A DNA stretch of 63,306 bases, the filler included. It is 4 parts of 4 records of this genome, joined end to end, with 100 filler letters (N's around TTAATTAATTAA, not from the genome) between each part and the next. Parts side by side here need not be neighbours in the genome. Positions count along the whole stretch, not along the records: positions 1 to 21,911 come from SRR31156797_8996; positions 22,012 to 49,510 come from SRR31156797_9012; 2 more parts are not named here. One strand, given 5' to 3'. The notes beneath the pieces are model-generated. The model was not told the DNA's origin. It ran no database searches and worked only from the letters and a program-made list of their open reading frames with translations. Positions 19,621 through 28,601 of the stretch are shown here, in pieces (the stretch's first letter is position 1; each line of letters begins with the position of its first letter). Both the position numbers and the translations under genes were made by a program.

Positions 19621-20193
19621 CTACTCCCCCACCTTTTGAATTTCGTGGGGTCCGAGGATGATCATGCCGTCCAGTTTAGCCGGGGCGTACCATGTATCCC
19701 CCCACCAAAGCATGCCCGTCTCACTCACATCCATGGGAATCTGCCAGGTGCGCGAAGCCTTACCCTGCAAATCATAATATCCGGCAACCACACCCACGAA
19801 CTTGGTTCCTTCGGCCCGGTCCATGGAGATTGTAGAATTTCGCCCCGGCTGCACAAACTCACGTTTGACCTGCGTAACACTTTGGTCAAAGCTGGTGCAA
19901 TTGAGCATCTTTTCCACCCCGGTGGAAGTTCCGGCCAATTCATTAAATTTACTAAGATTTGAAAGCTGATAAAAACAGAGCAGCAAAGTGTGCGGAGCAT
20001 CGTCATATTCGTTGAGATTTTTATCCACACCCAGTTTAAAGGAAATTGCATTGATCTGGTAAGTCCACTTCATCTGCTCCGGACTTGCTGCCGGAGTAGT
20101 CACAGTTGTGGGGTTCACCGGCTTTTTCTTTCCACCGCAACTGCATACAGCCACAAGCAGGATTAACAGGAGTATCAATAATCTGCCGCGCAC
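19621..20193 (-). CDS. tssJ: T6SS outer-membrane lipoprotein TssJ
   Basis: Lipobox-like CSCG, plus LN...FYQL, VQPG and FVGVVAGYY motifs. GTG 20193 follows GGAGG. Confidence 0.9.
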   Translation of the reverse strand: MRGRLLILLLILLVAVCSCGGKKKPVNPTTVTTPAASPEQMKWTYQINAISFKLGVDKNLNEYDDAPHTLLLCFYQLSNLSKFNELAGTSTGVEKMLNCTSFDQSVTQVKREFVQPGRNSTISMDRAEGTKFVGVVAGYYDLQGKASRTWQIPMDVSETGMLWWGDTWYAPAKLDGMIILGPHEIQKVGE

Positions 20194-20390
20194 AATCCGA
20201 CCTCCGATTGCATAGTTGGAGCCACCAAAAGAGATTTCAGTACTTATCAGCAATTTACACGGAAAATAACTTTATGTCGACGACAGATGCAATTTAAGCA
20301 CAAAAACGCAACACCTTATTGCCCCCGAAGCCGAATCTGCGCTAGTATGATTCCAATTTCTGTTTGCAATACAACCGCAGTGAGGTCTTC

Positions 20391-21845
20391 ATGCATATAG
20401 AGCTTCCGCCTTTTAAAATATTGATGCTGGCCCCCTTTTCCCCGGCACTGGAAACGGACAATCCCCCGTGCATAAAGGCTGAGCCATCTTCCACAGCCCA
20501 AGCATTAGATGAGCTTAACCCCTGCCTCGACATCCCACTGGACCGCAATCAATTCCCCGCAGCATCCATCAATATTTCCATCAGCAAAATGGCTGATTTC
20601 AAACCCAAAAATATCTGCCGCACCCCGGAATTTAAAAATATCATCAGTCAGATGGCGGAAGAATCTCCTCCAACAAAAAGCATCCCTCCCACCCCCAAAA
20701 GCTCCGCTGTGCTGGATGATATCCTTTCCATGGTCGACAACGGAAAGCCAGAGCAATCCGCTAAAATGCCCAGCCTACATAAGCGTCCCAAAAGCAAACT
20801 GCTGCAAGCGATCTTTGCTGATCCAGATTTCAGGAGAATGGAAGCGGCATGGCGCGGGCTGGAATTGCTGGCCCGACAGGTTCCATCCGGCAGTAAGATA
20901 AGCGTTGAATTTATGCTCATACCCATTTCTGAAAACAATCTGATTCCGGTTCTGGACGGACTGGAAAAAGAACTTGAAGAGTCTCCACCGGAGCTGATTT
21001 TACTTGATCAGCCACTAAGTAACTCACCACGTTCCATGGAACTTTTGGAAAGGGTTATGAACTTTGCGGAAACCATGCTCGCTCCGGCAATGGTGCCATT
21101 CGGGCCGCAATTCCTTGAATTGAGGAACTGGGCCGAAGCAGACAAGCTGCCATTTATCCCCAGCCTTCTGGAAGGGGCGGAATACGGGCGTTGGAAGACC
21201 CTGCGTCAGCAGCCGGCAGCAGGCTGGATCATGGGGTGTGCTGGAAGCATCATGGGCCGGACCATGCACACACCCGAAACGGGATATGACCAGACTTCCC
21301 TCTCCGAGCAGAGGCCGCTCTGGGCAAGCTCAGTCTGGGCCGTTGCAGCCCTTTGCGCACGCAGCCTTTCTGAATACGGCAGAGCCACTCTTTTCGGTGA
21401 CCATTCAAGCATCAGACTGGCCGGATTACCTCTTGCTGAAGGACCGAAACCTGCTCCGGTCAATCCGCCCATAGGCACAGAACGGATCAAGGATTTCCGG
21501 CAGGCCGGAATAAACACCCTGGCTTTCAACGGAGATCAGGTTTTTCTGCTCGGCGCAACAACCATAGACGGTGGTCCGGCAAATATACGTTTTTACCTTT
21601 CACGGCTAATTCATTTTCTGATTCTGCTTTCCACAGTTAAACGCAAGGAACTCAGCGACCTCGAACCGCAACTAACAGAGGCTATAGCACTCTTTATACA
21701 ACAGCAGGGACACCCGCAGCCTCAAGATTTAAGCATTAAAAAAGGAGAACCGTCCGGTGAGACGATTCCCCTTGAGATTTCAATTACGCCGGGGCCAGAG
21801 ATTCTGCCCGGTAATGCGCCAATTAGTTTCGTCTTTAATTGGTAA
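20391..21845 (+). CDS. T6SS sheath-related protein: TssB-like N-terminus fused to TssC-like domain
   Basis: N-terminal ELPPFKILMLAPFS is TssB-like. IFADPDFRRMEAAWRGL, Y.RW.TLR and LW.SSVWAVA are TssC/VipB-like. ATG 20391 follows GAGG. Confidence 0.75.
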   Translation: MHIELPPFKILMLAPFSPALETDNPPCIKAEPSSTAQALDELNPCLDIPLDRNQFPAASINISISKMADFKPKNICRTPEFKNIISQMAEESPPTKSIPPTPKSSAVLDDILSMVDNGKPEQSAKMPSLHKRPKSKLLQAIFADPDFRRMEAAWRGLELLARQVPSGSKISVEFMLIPISENNLIPVLDGLEKELEESPPELILLDQPLSNSPRSMELLERVMNFAETMLAPAMVPFGPQFLELRNWAEADKLPFIPSLLEGAEYGRWKTLRQQPAAGWIMGCAGSIMGRTMHTPETGYDQTSLSEQRPLWASSVWAVAALCARSLSEYGRATLFGDHSSIRLAGLPLAEGPKPAPVNPPIGTERIKDFRQAGINTLAFNGDQVFLLGATTIDGGPANIRFYLSRLIHFLILLSTVKRKELSDLEPQLTEAIALFIQQQGHPQPQDLSIKKGEPSGETIPLEISITPGPEILPGNAPISFVFNW

Positions 21846-21883
21846 GGCAGCTTTGATGCGCTACGCGCTTTTATTAAAACGAG

Positions 21884-21911
21884 AATGCCTCCGGCGGCTT
21901 AAACCCTTTGA
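21884..21911. repeat. Partial interspersed repeat at contig 1 right end
   Basis: AATGCCTCCGGCGGCTTAAACCCTTTGA resembles, from memory, the proximal half of the Desulfovibrionaceae GCCTCCGGCGG repeat. The contig breaks here. Confidence 0.45.
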
Positions 21912-22011
21912 NNNNNNNNNNNNNNNNNNNNNNNNNNNNNNNNNNNNNNNNNNNNTTAATTAATTAANNNNNNNNNNNNNNNNNNNNNNNNNNNNNNNNN
22001 NNNNNNNNNNN
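21912..22011. other. Artificial contig linker
   Basis: N44-TTAATTAATTAA-N44 (stops in all six frames). Confidence 0.99.
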
Positions 22012-22071
22012 CTTAAAATCCTGCTGCTGATGCTCTCCCTCTTCAATTTGTCTTCTGATATAAGAACTCAC
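22012..22071 (-). CDS. N-terminal fragment of AlbA_2/Schlafen-like 'ATP-binding protein' (runs off contig)
   Basis: GTG start translates to MSSYIRRQIEEGEHQQQDFK; the EGEHQQQDFK motif is typical of Bacteroidota AlbA_2 proteins. Confidence 0.7.
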
Positions 22072-22197
22072 GGCAAAACGCTTTTCATGTTAAACGGATA
22101 GCATTGGCGGATAGTATTAAACTATCTTAAGCTCCGTGCGTCAGATAAACATTTTTAAATCCATCATGTTTAGTTGAAAATTTTAATCCGACAAATT

Positions 22198-22941
22198 ATG
22201 AAACGAATGACCAAACGTAATTTTCTGAAAACCGGAGCTGCTTTTGGAGCAGCAACAATGGTGGGATCACCTGCATTTTCTGTGAACCAAAAGCTAAATA
22301 ATGATTTCCTTGATATGGATGAAACAGTTAATAGCAATGGCGAATATGTGTTGCCGGCACTGGCGTATCCATACGATGCACTTGAACCGCATATCGATGA
22401 GCAAACCATGCGTCTGCATCACGATATTCATCATAATGGCTATGTGAAAGGACTGAATAAGGCTACTGCAAAGGTTAAGGAGGCCACGGAAAACGATGAC
22501 TTTGGCATGATAAAGCACTGGGAACGGGAACTGGCTTTCCACGGAAGCGGCCACTTTTTGCACACCACCTTCTGGAACAACATGGGCCCGAAACAGGGCA
22601 AAAGAAGCAAGGATCTGGAAAAGCAAATCAAAAAGGATTTTGGCTCTTTTGACAAATTCAGAAACCTCTATTTTGCAGCATCTAAATCTGTTGAAGGATC
22701 AGGATGGGGAATACTCGGCTATCAGCCGCATGCAGATAAGCTGGTTGTTTTGCAGGCCGAAAAGCACCAGAATCAATCACAGTGGATCACTTACCCGATT
22801 TTGGTTGTTGATGTATGGGAACATGCCTATTACCTGAGGTACCAAAACAAACGCGGAGATTATGTGAACGCCTTTTTTGAGGTCATCAACTGGGAAGATG
22901 TTTCGAAACGCTTCGAAGATTTGAAAAACGCTTTTGCATAG
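22198..22941 (+). CDS. Fe/Mn superoxide dismutase with Tat-like signal peptide
   Basis: LPALAYPYDALEPHID, HHDIHH, HFLH and DVWEHAYY motifs. N-terminal TKRNFLK followed by a hydrophobic stretch and AFS. Confidence 0.95.
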   Translation: MKRMTKRNFLKTGAAFGAATMVGSPAFSVNQKLNNDFLDMDETVNSNGEYVLPALAYPYDALEPHIDEQTMRLHHDIHHNGYVKGLNKATAKVKEATENDDFGMIKHWERELAFHGSGHFLHTTFWNNMGPKQGKRSKDLEKQIKKDFGSFDKFRNLYFAASKSVEGSGWGILGYQPHADKLVVLQAEKHQNQSQWITYPILVVDVWEHAYYLRYQNKRGDYVNAFFEVINWEDVSKRFEDLKNAFA

Positions 22942-22988
22942 AACCACATATAAAATAAAAACCGGTTGAAACTTTATAGATTAGTCTT

Positions 22989-25499
22989 CTATTGTTTGAT
23001 AAAACGGCCTGATAAAGTTTCACCAGCAATATACAAAGCCAAAATGTAGGCTCCGGGTTCAAGCGTATTGATTTGAATTGTCTTTCCATCCGTTTCTCCA
23101 GAGAGGAGTTCACGTCCGGAAGTATCCAGGATTTTATATGGAATATCTCCAGTCCCTTTTGGTAATTTGATTGAAATTTGATCAGTAGCCGGATTCGGGT
23201 ATATTTTCAGCGTTTCATCCGAGTTTTGAAATTCAGATACAGGTACGTAGTCTTCCAGGTAAACCTTGTACATCGACCGGCCGTATGTTGCAGCCAATAG
23301 TAACCGTTCCTGGTCGTGAAATTTTAAGTCACATACAGGCACAATGGGCAATTCAGCGCCAAGCATTCCCCAGTTTTCGCCATTGTTCCAGCTCACATAC
23401 ACTCCTGCATCGGTGGCCACATAGAGGGCCCCTGCCAAATCCGGGTCGATGATGATGTCGTTTACCGGAAGTTCAGGCAGGTCACCGGAAATGTCCTGCC
23501 AGGATTCGCCAAAATCTGTGGTCCGGAAAACATGCGAGAGGTTTTCATCCATACGATAGCCCGATAATGTTACATAAGCTGTGGCTTCATTATAAGGATC
23601 GGCTGCAACCCGCGTTATCCAGCGCTCAGGTAGTTCGCTTGAAATATTCGTCCAGCTGTCACCACCTGTTTGTGTTACCCAAACGTTACCATCATCGGTT
23701 CCGGCATAGATCACATCACCATTCAGTTCTGAGACTGACAAAGTTGTGATCGTTCCAAAGGTCTGATTGTATTGACCAGGGCCGTTGGTCAGGTCCTGGC
23801 TGATGGCTGTCCAGCTTGCAGCATGGTTCGTGGATTTGTAAACCCTGTTTCCGGCAAAATAGAGCATTGAAGGATCGTTGGGATCCATCACCAGTGGCGA
23901 CATCCAGTTGAATCTGTCAGAGGAGCTGATCCCTGAGGTAGCATACCCGAAAGAGGAACCTCCGTTGGTCGATCTTACCAGCCCGCCATATTGTAATTCG
24001 GCATAAACATACTGGTTGTTTTCGGGATTAACCAGCACATAAAAACCATCTCCACCATTGATTGAAGACCAGTCGGTTAAACTGCCCGTCATGGTACGAT
24101 TGGTGCCGTTATCCTGGGTACCGCCATATAGCCTTTCCGGGTACTGATAATCCATTTCGCAGGTATAAAACTGGGTGATGGGCAGGTTTTCGATGTGGGA
24201 AAAAGAGTTGCCGCCATTTTGTGAAACATAAACACCGCCATCATTCCCGAGCACCACAAAGTTGTTGTTCTCCGGATGGGCATTCAGGCCATGCTGATCC
24301 ACATGCACATTCCATCCTGAAATGTTCGACCACGAATTTCCACCATTGGTGGTTTTGTAAAGGTCGAAACCGATACCGTACACGATGTCCGGATTGACCG
24401 GATCAACACGGATACGGCCAAACCACCAACCGAAAGATGAATACATATTTGAAAGTGATCCATCGTTGGTTTGCTGCCAGGAATCGCCACCGTTGAGGGT
24501 TTTGTAAACGCCCTCAAAATAACCTGTTTTATCAGCATAAATGGCATACAGGATATCAGGGTCAGAAGGTGAAATGGTTATTCCTATTCTCCCCAGGTTT
24601 GAGCCTGAAGGGAGCCCTGAAGTGAGTTCCTCCCAGGTGTCGCCGCCATTATCTGATTTGTAAATACCACAAGAGGGGCCGCCATAACTCCTGCGATCCG
24701 GGCGGCGTACGCGTTCCCACATGGCAGCGTAGATCATGTCAGGATTTTGTGGATTTATGGTAATGTCGATGGCTCCTGTTGAGTCGTTGAGGTATAGAAT
24801 CTGTTCCCAGCTTTCGCCACCATCGTTAGTTCTGAAAATCCCGCGTTCGCTGTTTTCGGCAAACATACGGCCCATGGCTGCCACATAACAAATATCTGGG
24901 TTGGTAGGGTGAATCACCAACCTGCCGATGCTTCCCGAAGCTTCCAGTCCGAGAGACTGCCACGAAGTTCCGCCATCATCTGATTTAAAAATCCCCATGC
25001 CTTCGTATGAAACAGAACCGCCACCTGCATTGGCTTCGCCGGTTCCTACATAAATAATTTCAGGATTTGAAGGGGCAAGTGCGATGTCTCCGATCGACAG
25101 TGTGGGTTGGTCATCAAAAATGGGGTTCCAACTGTTGCCGGAATCTTCAGTTTTGAATACACCCCCGGACGCGGCACCGATATAAAAAGTCTGGGTTTCG
25201 TCGGGGTGCATGGCAACGGCCGTAACGCGCCCGCCAATATTAAGCGGGCCGGCAAATTCCCAGCCAGCCTTTGATCCTGTGGCTACGTTTGCTTTTCTGT
25301 CAGCCAAAGCAGTTTTCACCGCCTGCTGGTAAACCTCATGATTGATATCATTGTTGGGGAATGCCCGCTGGAGATAGAACCAGTCGCCGGGTTTTTGTGC
25401 AGGCACCTGTTGCTTATCTTTTTGATTGAGGTTGTGGATGTAAAATCCAAGGATAGCAGACAGCAGAATAATAGTTAGTGGTAGCAAAAATCGTTTCAT
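22989..25499 (-). CDS. BNR/Asp-box (VPS10/sortilin-like) beta-propeller protein with T9SS type A sorting domain
   Basis: Many SxDGGxSW/T repeats. C-terminal LKIYPNPA...GAYIL...RFIKQ sorting domain. Confidence 0.88.
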   Translation of the reverse strand: MKRFLLPLTIILLSAILGFYIHNLNQKDKQQVPAQKPGDWFYLQRAFPNNDINHEVYQQAVKTALADRKANVATGSKAGWEFAGPLNIGGRVTAVAMHPDETQTFYIGAASGGVFKTEDSGNSWNPIFDDQPTLSIGDIALAPSNPEIIYVGTGEANAGGGSVSYEGMGIFKSDDGGTSWQSLGLEASGSIGRLVIHPTNPDICYVAAMGRMFAENSERGIFRTNDGGESWEQILYLNDSTGAIDITINPQNPDMIYAAMWERVRRPDRRSYGGPSCGIYKSDNGGDTWEELTSGLPSGSNLGRIGITISPSDPDILYAIYADKTGYFEGVYKTLNGGDSWQQTNDGSLSNMYSSFGWWFGRIRVDPVNPDIVYGIGFDLYKTTNGGNSWSNISGWNVHVDQHGLNAHPENNNFVVLGNDGGVYVSQNGGNSFSHIENLPITQFYTCEMDYQYPERLYGGTQDNGTNRTMTGSLTDWSSINGGDGFYVLVNPENNQYVYAELQYGGLVRSTNGGSSFGYATSGISSSDRFNWMSPLVMDPNDPSMLYFAGNRVYKSTNHAASWTAISQDLTNGPGQYNQTFGTITTLSVSELNGDVIYAGTDDGNVWVTQTGGDSWTNISSELPERWITRVAADPYNEATAYVTLSGYRMDENLSHVFRTTDFGESWQDISGDLPELPVNDIIIDPDLAGALYVATDAGVYVSWNNGENWGMLGAELPIVPVCDLKFHDQERLLLAATYGRSMYKVYLEDYVPVSEFQNSDETLKIYPNPATDQISIKLPKGTGDIPYKILDTSGRELLSGETDGKTIQINTLEPGAYILALYIAGETLSGRFIKQ

Positions 25500-25679
25500 A
25501 TCAGGCAGTTGATTGAGTGGGTTGCGAAGATAATAATTGTTGGGGGAAGTGGGAAAATTGTTATTTGTTAATTGTTATCCGGCAGATACAAATCACCAAT
25601 TCTGGTTACAAGATTTAAAATTACAATACCGATAACCAATATTGATATACCAAAAACGAAATAACCAATAACTTCTTCC

Positions 25680-27068
25680 TCACTCCACCGGAGGCGGGAA
25701 AACGACGGAACAATCTTCCTTGACACGGATAAAATATGCCTTGCCGGGCATCAATTGGGTGAGGGTGAAAATACTTTGCTCCGGCCAGTAAACCTTGTCG
25801 CCGCCCACTTCTTCAACAATATCAATAATCTCATCAATATCCCTGAATACCACAAATGTTGAAGATGGCACAGTATTCAAAACCGGCATCAGGTTCCAAC
25901 CTGCTTTCAGCAGCACCGTCTGGGATATTTCAAACAAACCGTAAACTTTTACCTGGAAAGGTTCTTTGGCATTTACTACATACCCATGTTCATTGTTCCA
26001 CTCACCAATTGTATTGATACCCTGATCTGGCCAGTAGAGGTTTGATTCGATATCGTGAATCACATCCACCTTATCATTCAGGGTATCAAAAATGGTTTCA
26101 AATTCGGAGTTGAACGGAATCACATACGTTGACATGGCACTCAATCCTTCCGGGACATTTATCGTATGCAAAAGGCTTGAAGGGAACACGATCATTTTTA
26201 CAGGCACATCAAGCTCAGGATTGGAAGTGTCGTTGCTGTGAATGGTGAAGTACCTGTCGTAATTGCCGATGGGAATTCCGGCGGAATTAAAATACAGGTT
26301 TGTCTGTACTTCCTCCCCCGGCGGGATTGCGCCACTTTCAGGATTGGCGATGAGCCAGATCTCTTCCGGGATGAGGGTGATGGTATCGGTGATGGAGTGG
26401 GGAGTGCCGCCGAACTCATCTCCACTTATGGTGTAAATGATATCGAGGGTGTCGTTCAAACTTTCATCAAAATGAATATTGGCAATGGAAAGGGCCGTTT
26501 CGCCCGGGAGGATGTTTCCGCCGTTGCTGCCATCAGCGTCATTCCAGCTAACCGGCGAACCATTCCCCGAAGAACCGTCGAACACGAGGGGCCCCTGGGT
26601 TCCGCCAATAAAATTCGTTGCAAAGTTTACAGTAACGCCTTCCGGGAAATGAACGATCAAGGTGTCGAGCCATTCGTTATCCGGGCTGCCATTGTAGAGG
26701 TTCATTGTAAAATCGATACTCTCCCCGGGTTTATAGCCGGTGGGCGAAATGGTAAGTTCAGACCCTTCAATGCTTTCAGGCTGCTCAGGCATGTTTACCC
26801 ACAATCCTGAATTTGCATCAATGGAATATACCAGCGTATCATCACCGGTATTAAAAATGGTTATTCCTTTCTGTGAAATGGTGTCCGGCCTGATGATCAG
26901 GTAAAATGAATCGGGAAGAACAAACACTTCAGGCGTCAGGAATTTTGCAGATTGACCTGTCGATCTGTCCAACGCGGGAATAACCTCCTGAGCGGAAGTC
27001 AAGCCGGGTAAAAAACAAAAAATAAACAGGGAAAGTGCGGCTTTGGAAATATTGATTTTAAGTGTCAT
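25680..27068 (-). CDS. Secreted beta-rich hypothetical protein (Ig/BACON-like repeats, GWNL module)
   Basis: Signal peptide, IFNTGDDTL motif, LKAGWNL module. No T9SS sorting domain visible. Confidence 0.7.
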   Translation of the reverse strand: MTLKINISKAALSLFIFCFLPGLTSAQEVIPALDRSTGQSAKFLTPEVFVLPDSFYLIIRPDTISQKGITIFNTGDDTLVYSIDANSGLWVNMPEQPESIEGSELTISPTGYKPGESIDFTMNLYNGSPDNEWLDTLIVHFPEGVTVNFATNFIGGTQGPLVFDGSSGNGSPVSWNDADGSNGGNILPGETALSIANIHFDESLNDTLDIIYTISGDEFGGTPHSITDTITLIPEEIWLIANPESGAIPPGEEVQTNLYFNSAGIPIGNYDRYFTIHSNDTSNPELDVPVKMIVFPSSLLHTINVPEGLSAMSTYVIPFNSEFETIFDTLNDKVDVIHDIESNLYWPDQGINTIGEWNNEHGYVVNAKEPFQVKVYGLFEISQTVLLKAGWNLMPVLNTVPSSTFVVFRDIDEIIDIVEEVGGDKVYWPEQSIFTLTQLMPGKAYFIRVKEDCSVVFPPPVE

Positions 27069-27089
27069 TTTGTATCATGCTTAATTATA

Positions 27090-28187
27090 TTAAGCAAAAC
27101 TACTATGCCATATCAATACCTCTGTGGCGCCATATCCAAAATTTTTCAACGAGGCGTCACGTGTTTTCACGTTATCGTACTCCCTGAGTATCTCGTTCAT
27201 CTTTGTTTTTAACACTCCTTCGCCAACGCCATGAATAAATGTTACCTTGGTTACATAGCTCCGTATGGCGCTTTCAAGGCATCTTACAAAATAATTGAGC
27301 TGGTAGTTGAGCATTTCCACGTTGTTCATTTTGGAGTAATCCTCCAACAACTCACCGATGTGTAAATCAACAATTGCCTCCCTGGGGCTGGTTTTATGTT
27401 TGTTGATAACTTCTTCGGGTTCTTTGGGTTTAGCATGTTTGGCCTCCACTTCTTCATCATATTTTTCATCCAGTTCCGATTCGGCCACAGCAGGTTGGGT
27501 ATCAATTTCGTTGATTTTAAAAATATATGCCTTGCCTTCGAGGAACGAAGATTCCTGGTATGAATTTTCTTTGAAAAGCTTGGCCGGCTTAAAGCTGAAC
27601 TTGCTGTTTACCGGTGCCAGCACTTTTGAAGATGAGTCTTTGTGAAACATGGCCTGGATTACGCCATAGCTCCATTTTTCAATTTCCTCGCGGTCGATGG
27701 TTCCCAGCAATATTTTGGTGTTTGGCTGCATGGCATCATAATCGGTGCCGCCCCATGCACCATTTTGCTTTCGCAGGAAAAGGCTGAACAAAACATCGTA
27801 GCTCGTATAGTTGATCAGGTAAACATCCAGAGAACCTGTGAGCAACCATTTTTGATCGTGTGGTAAATAAGCCAGGTAAAGGCCTTTTGCATCGTTGCTT
27901 CTTGCTTTAAAAACTTCCAGTTTACTGCTCCGGTCGTCATAAACAACTTCTTCAGGTTGCGGAGCTGGTGCAGGCCGCGCTGGTTCCGGTGTAAATACCT
28001 GAGATGGCCTTTTGCCACCATCATACATACCCATTTCATTATCTATTACAAGTTCACTGGTAAGAATCGGAATTTCAAATCCATCCTCGATCCGCACATG
28101 TACCATGCTACTTGTAACAATTTTGCAAACTTCGCCACCACCGTGTTCGTTCAAAAACTTTACTTTATCTCCTAACTTAAACTTCAT
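27090..28187 (-). CDS. DUF2027 / Smr (MutS2 C-terminal) domain protein
   Basis: N-terminal KLGDKVKFL...EDGFEIP and C-terminal VDLHI...FIHGVGEGVLK...FGYGAT. Confidence 0.9.
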   Translation of the reverse strand: MKFKLGDKVKFLNEHGGGEVCKIVTSSMVHVRIEDGFEIPILTSELVIDNEMGMYDGGKRPSQVFTPEPARPAPAPQPEEVVYDDRSSKLEVFKARSNDAKGLYLAYLPHDQKWLLTGSLDVYLINYTSYDVLFSLFLRKQNGAWGGTDYDAMQPNTKILLGTIDREEIEKWSYGVIQAMFHKDSSSKVLAPVNSKFSFKPAKLFKENSYQESSFLEGKAYIFKINEIDTQPAVAESELDEKYDEEVEAKHAKPKEPEEVINKHKTSPREAIVDLHIGELLEDYSKMNNVEMLNYQLNYFVRCLESAIRSYVTKVTFIHGVGEGVLKTKMNEILREYDNVKTRDASLKNFGYGATEVLIWHSSFA

Positions 28188-28203
28188 CGTATTAAATTTT
28201 TTG

Positions 28204-28211
28204 CAAAGGTA
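28204..28211 (-). promoter_or_regulatory. Bacteroidota sigma-A -7 element
   Basis: Minus-strand TACCTTTG = TAnnTTTG, 16 bp upstream of the start codon. Confidence 0.55.
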
Positions 28212-28367
28212 CTTTACTTTTCAACCCATCGAAAAATCGATTGAATTGATAACTACATTAGGGCCTGCTGAAAAACACATAACGCTCTAACGATTATTGC
28301 ATTAAATTTTCATTATCGATTTTTATTGCGTGGCTTTTTACCTTATTGACCAAAAACACTAGTATTT

Positions 28368-28523
28368 GATATTACGGTGCTCTGCACCATATGGATATTT
28401 TTCATCTTATTTTTACAAAGATCATCGGTGATCTGCACCTTTTATGGCGGCAGAGCCGTCATATATTTGTAGATACCATGATATCCAATTTGCAATGGCA
28501 AGGTGCAGTGCACCGAAATATTT
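28368..28523. repeat. REP/REPIN-like cluster (CGGTGCTCTGCACC family)
   Basis: Direct copies near 28375 and 28426, an inverted copy AGGTGCAGTGCACCGAAATATTT at 28501, and a degenerate inverted copy at 28446. Confidence 0.7.
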
Positions 28524-28601
28524 TCGCTCTGAGTTCTTCAGCACCCACTACATTAAACAAACATTGTGATACATTTGTCATAACAAAAAAGAATAGTTTA
28601 C

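Noticed and set aside
21956-21967. Repeated TTAATTAATTAA motif
   Set aside because: Synthetic six-frame stop linker, not biological.
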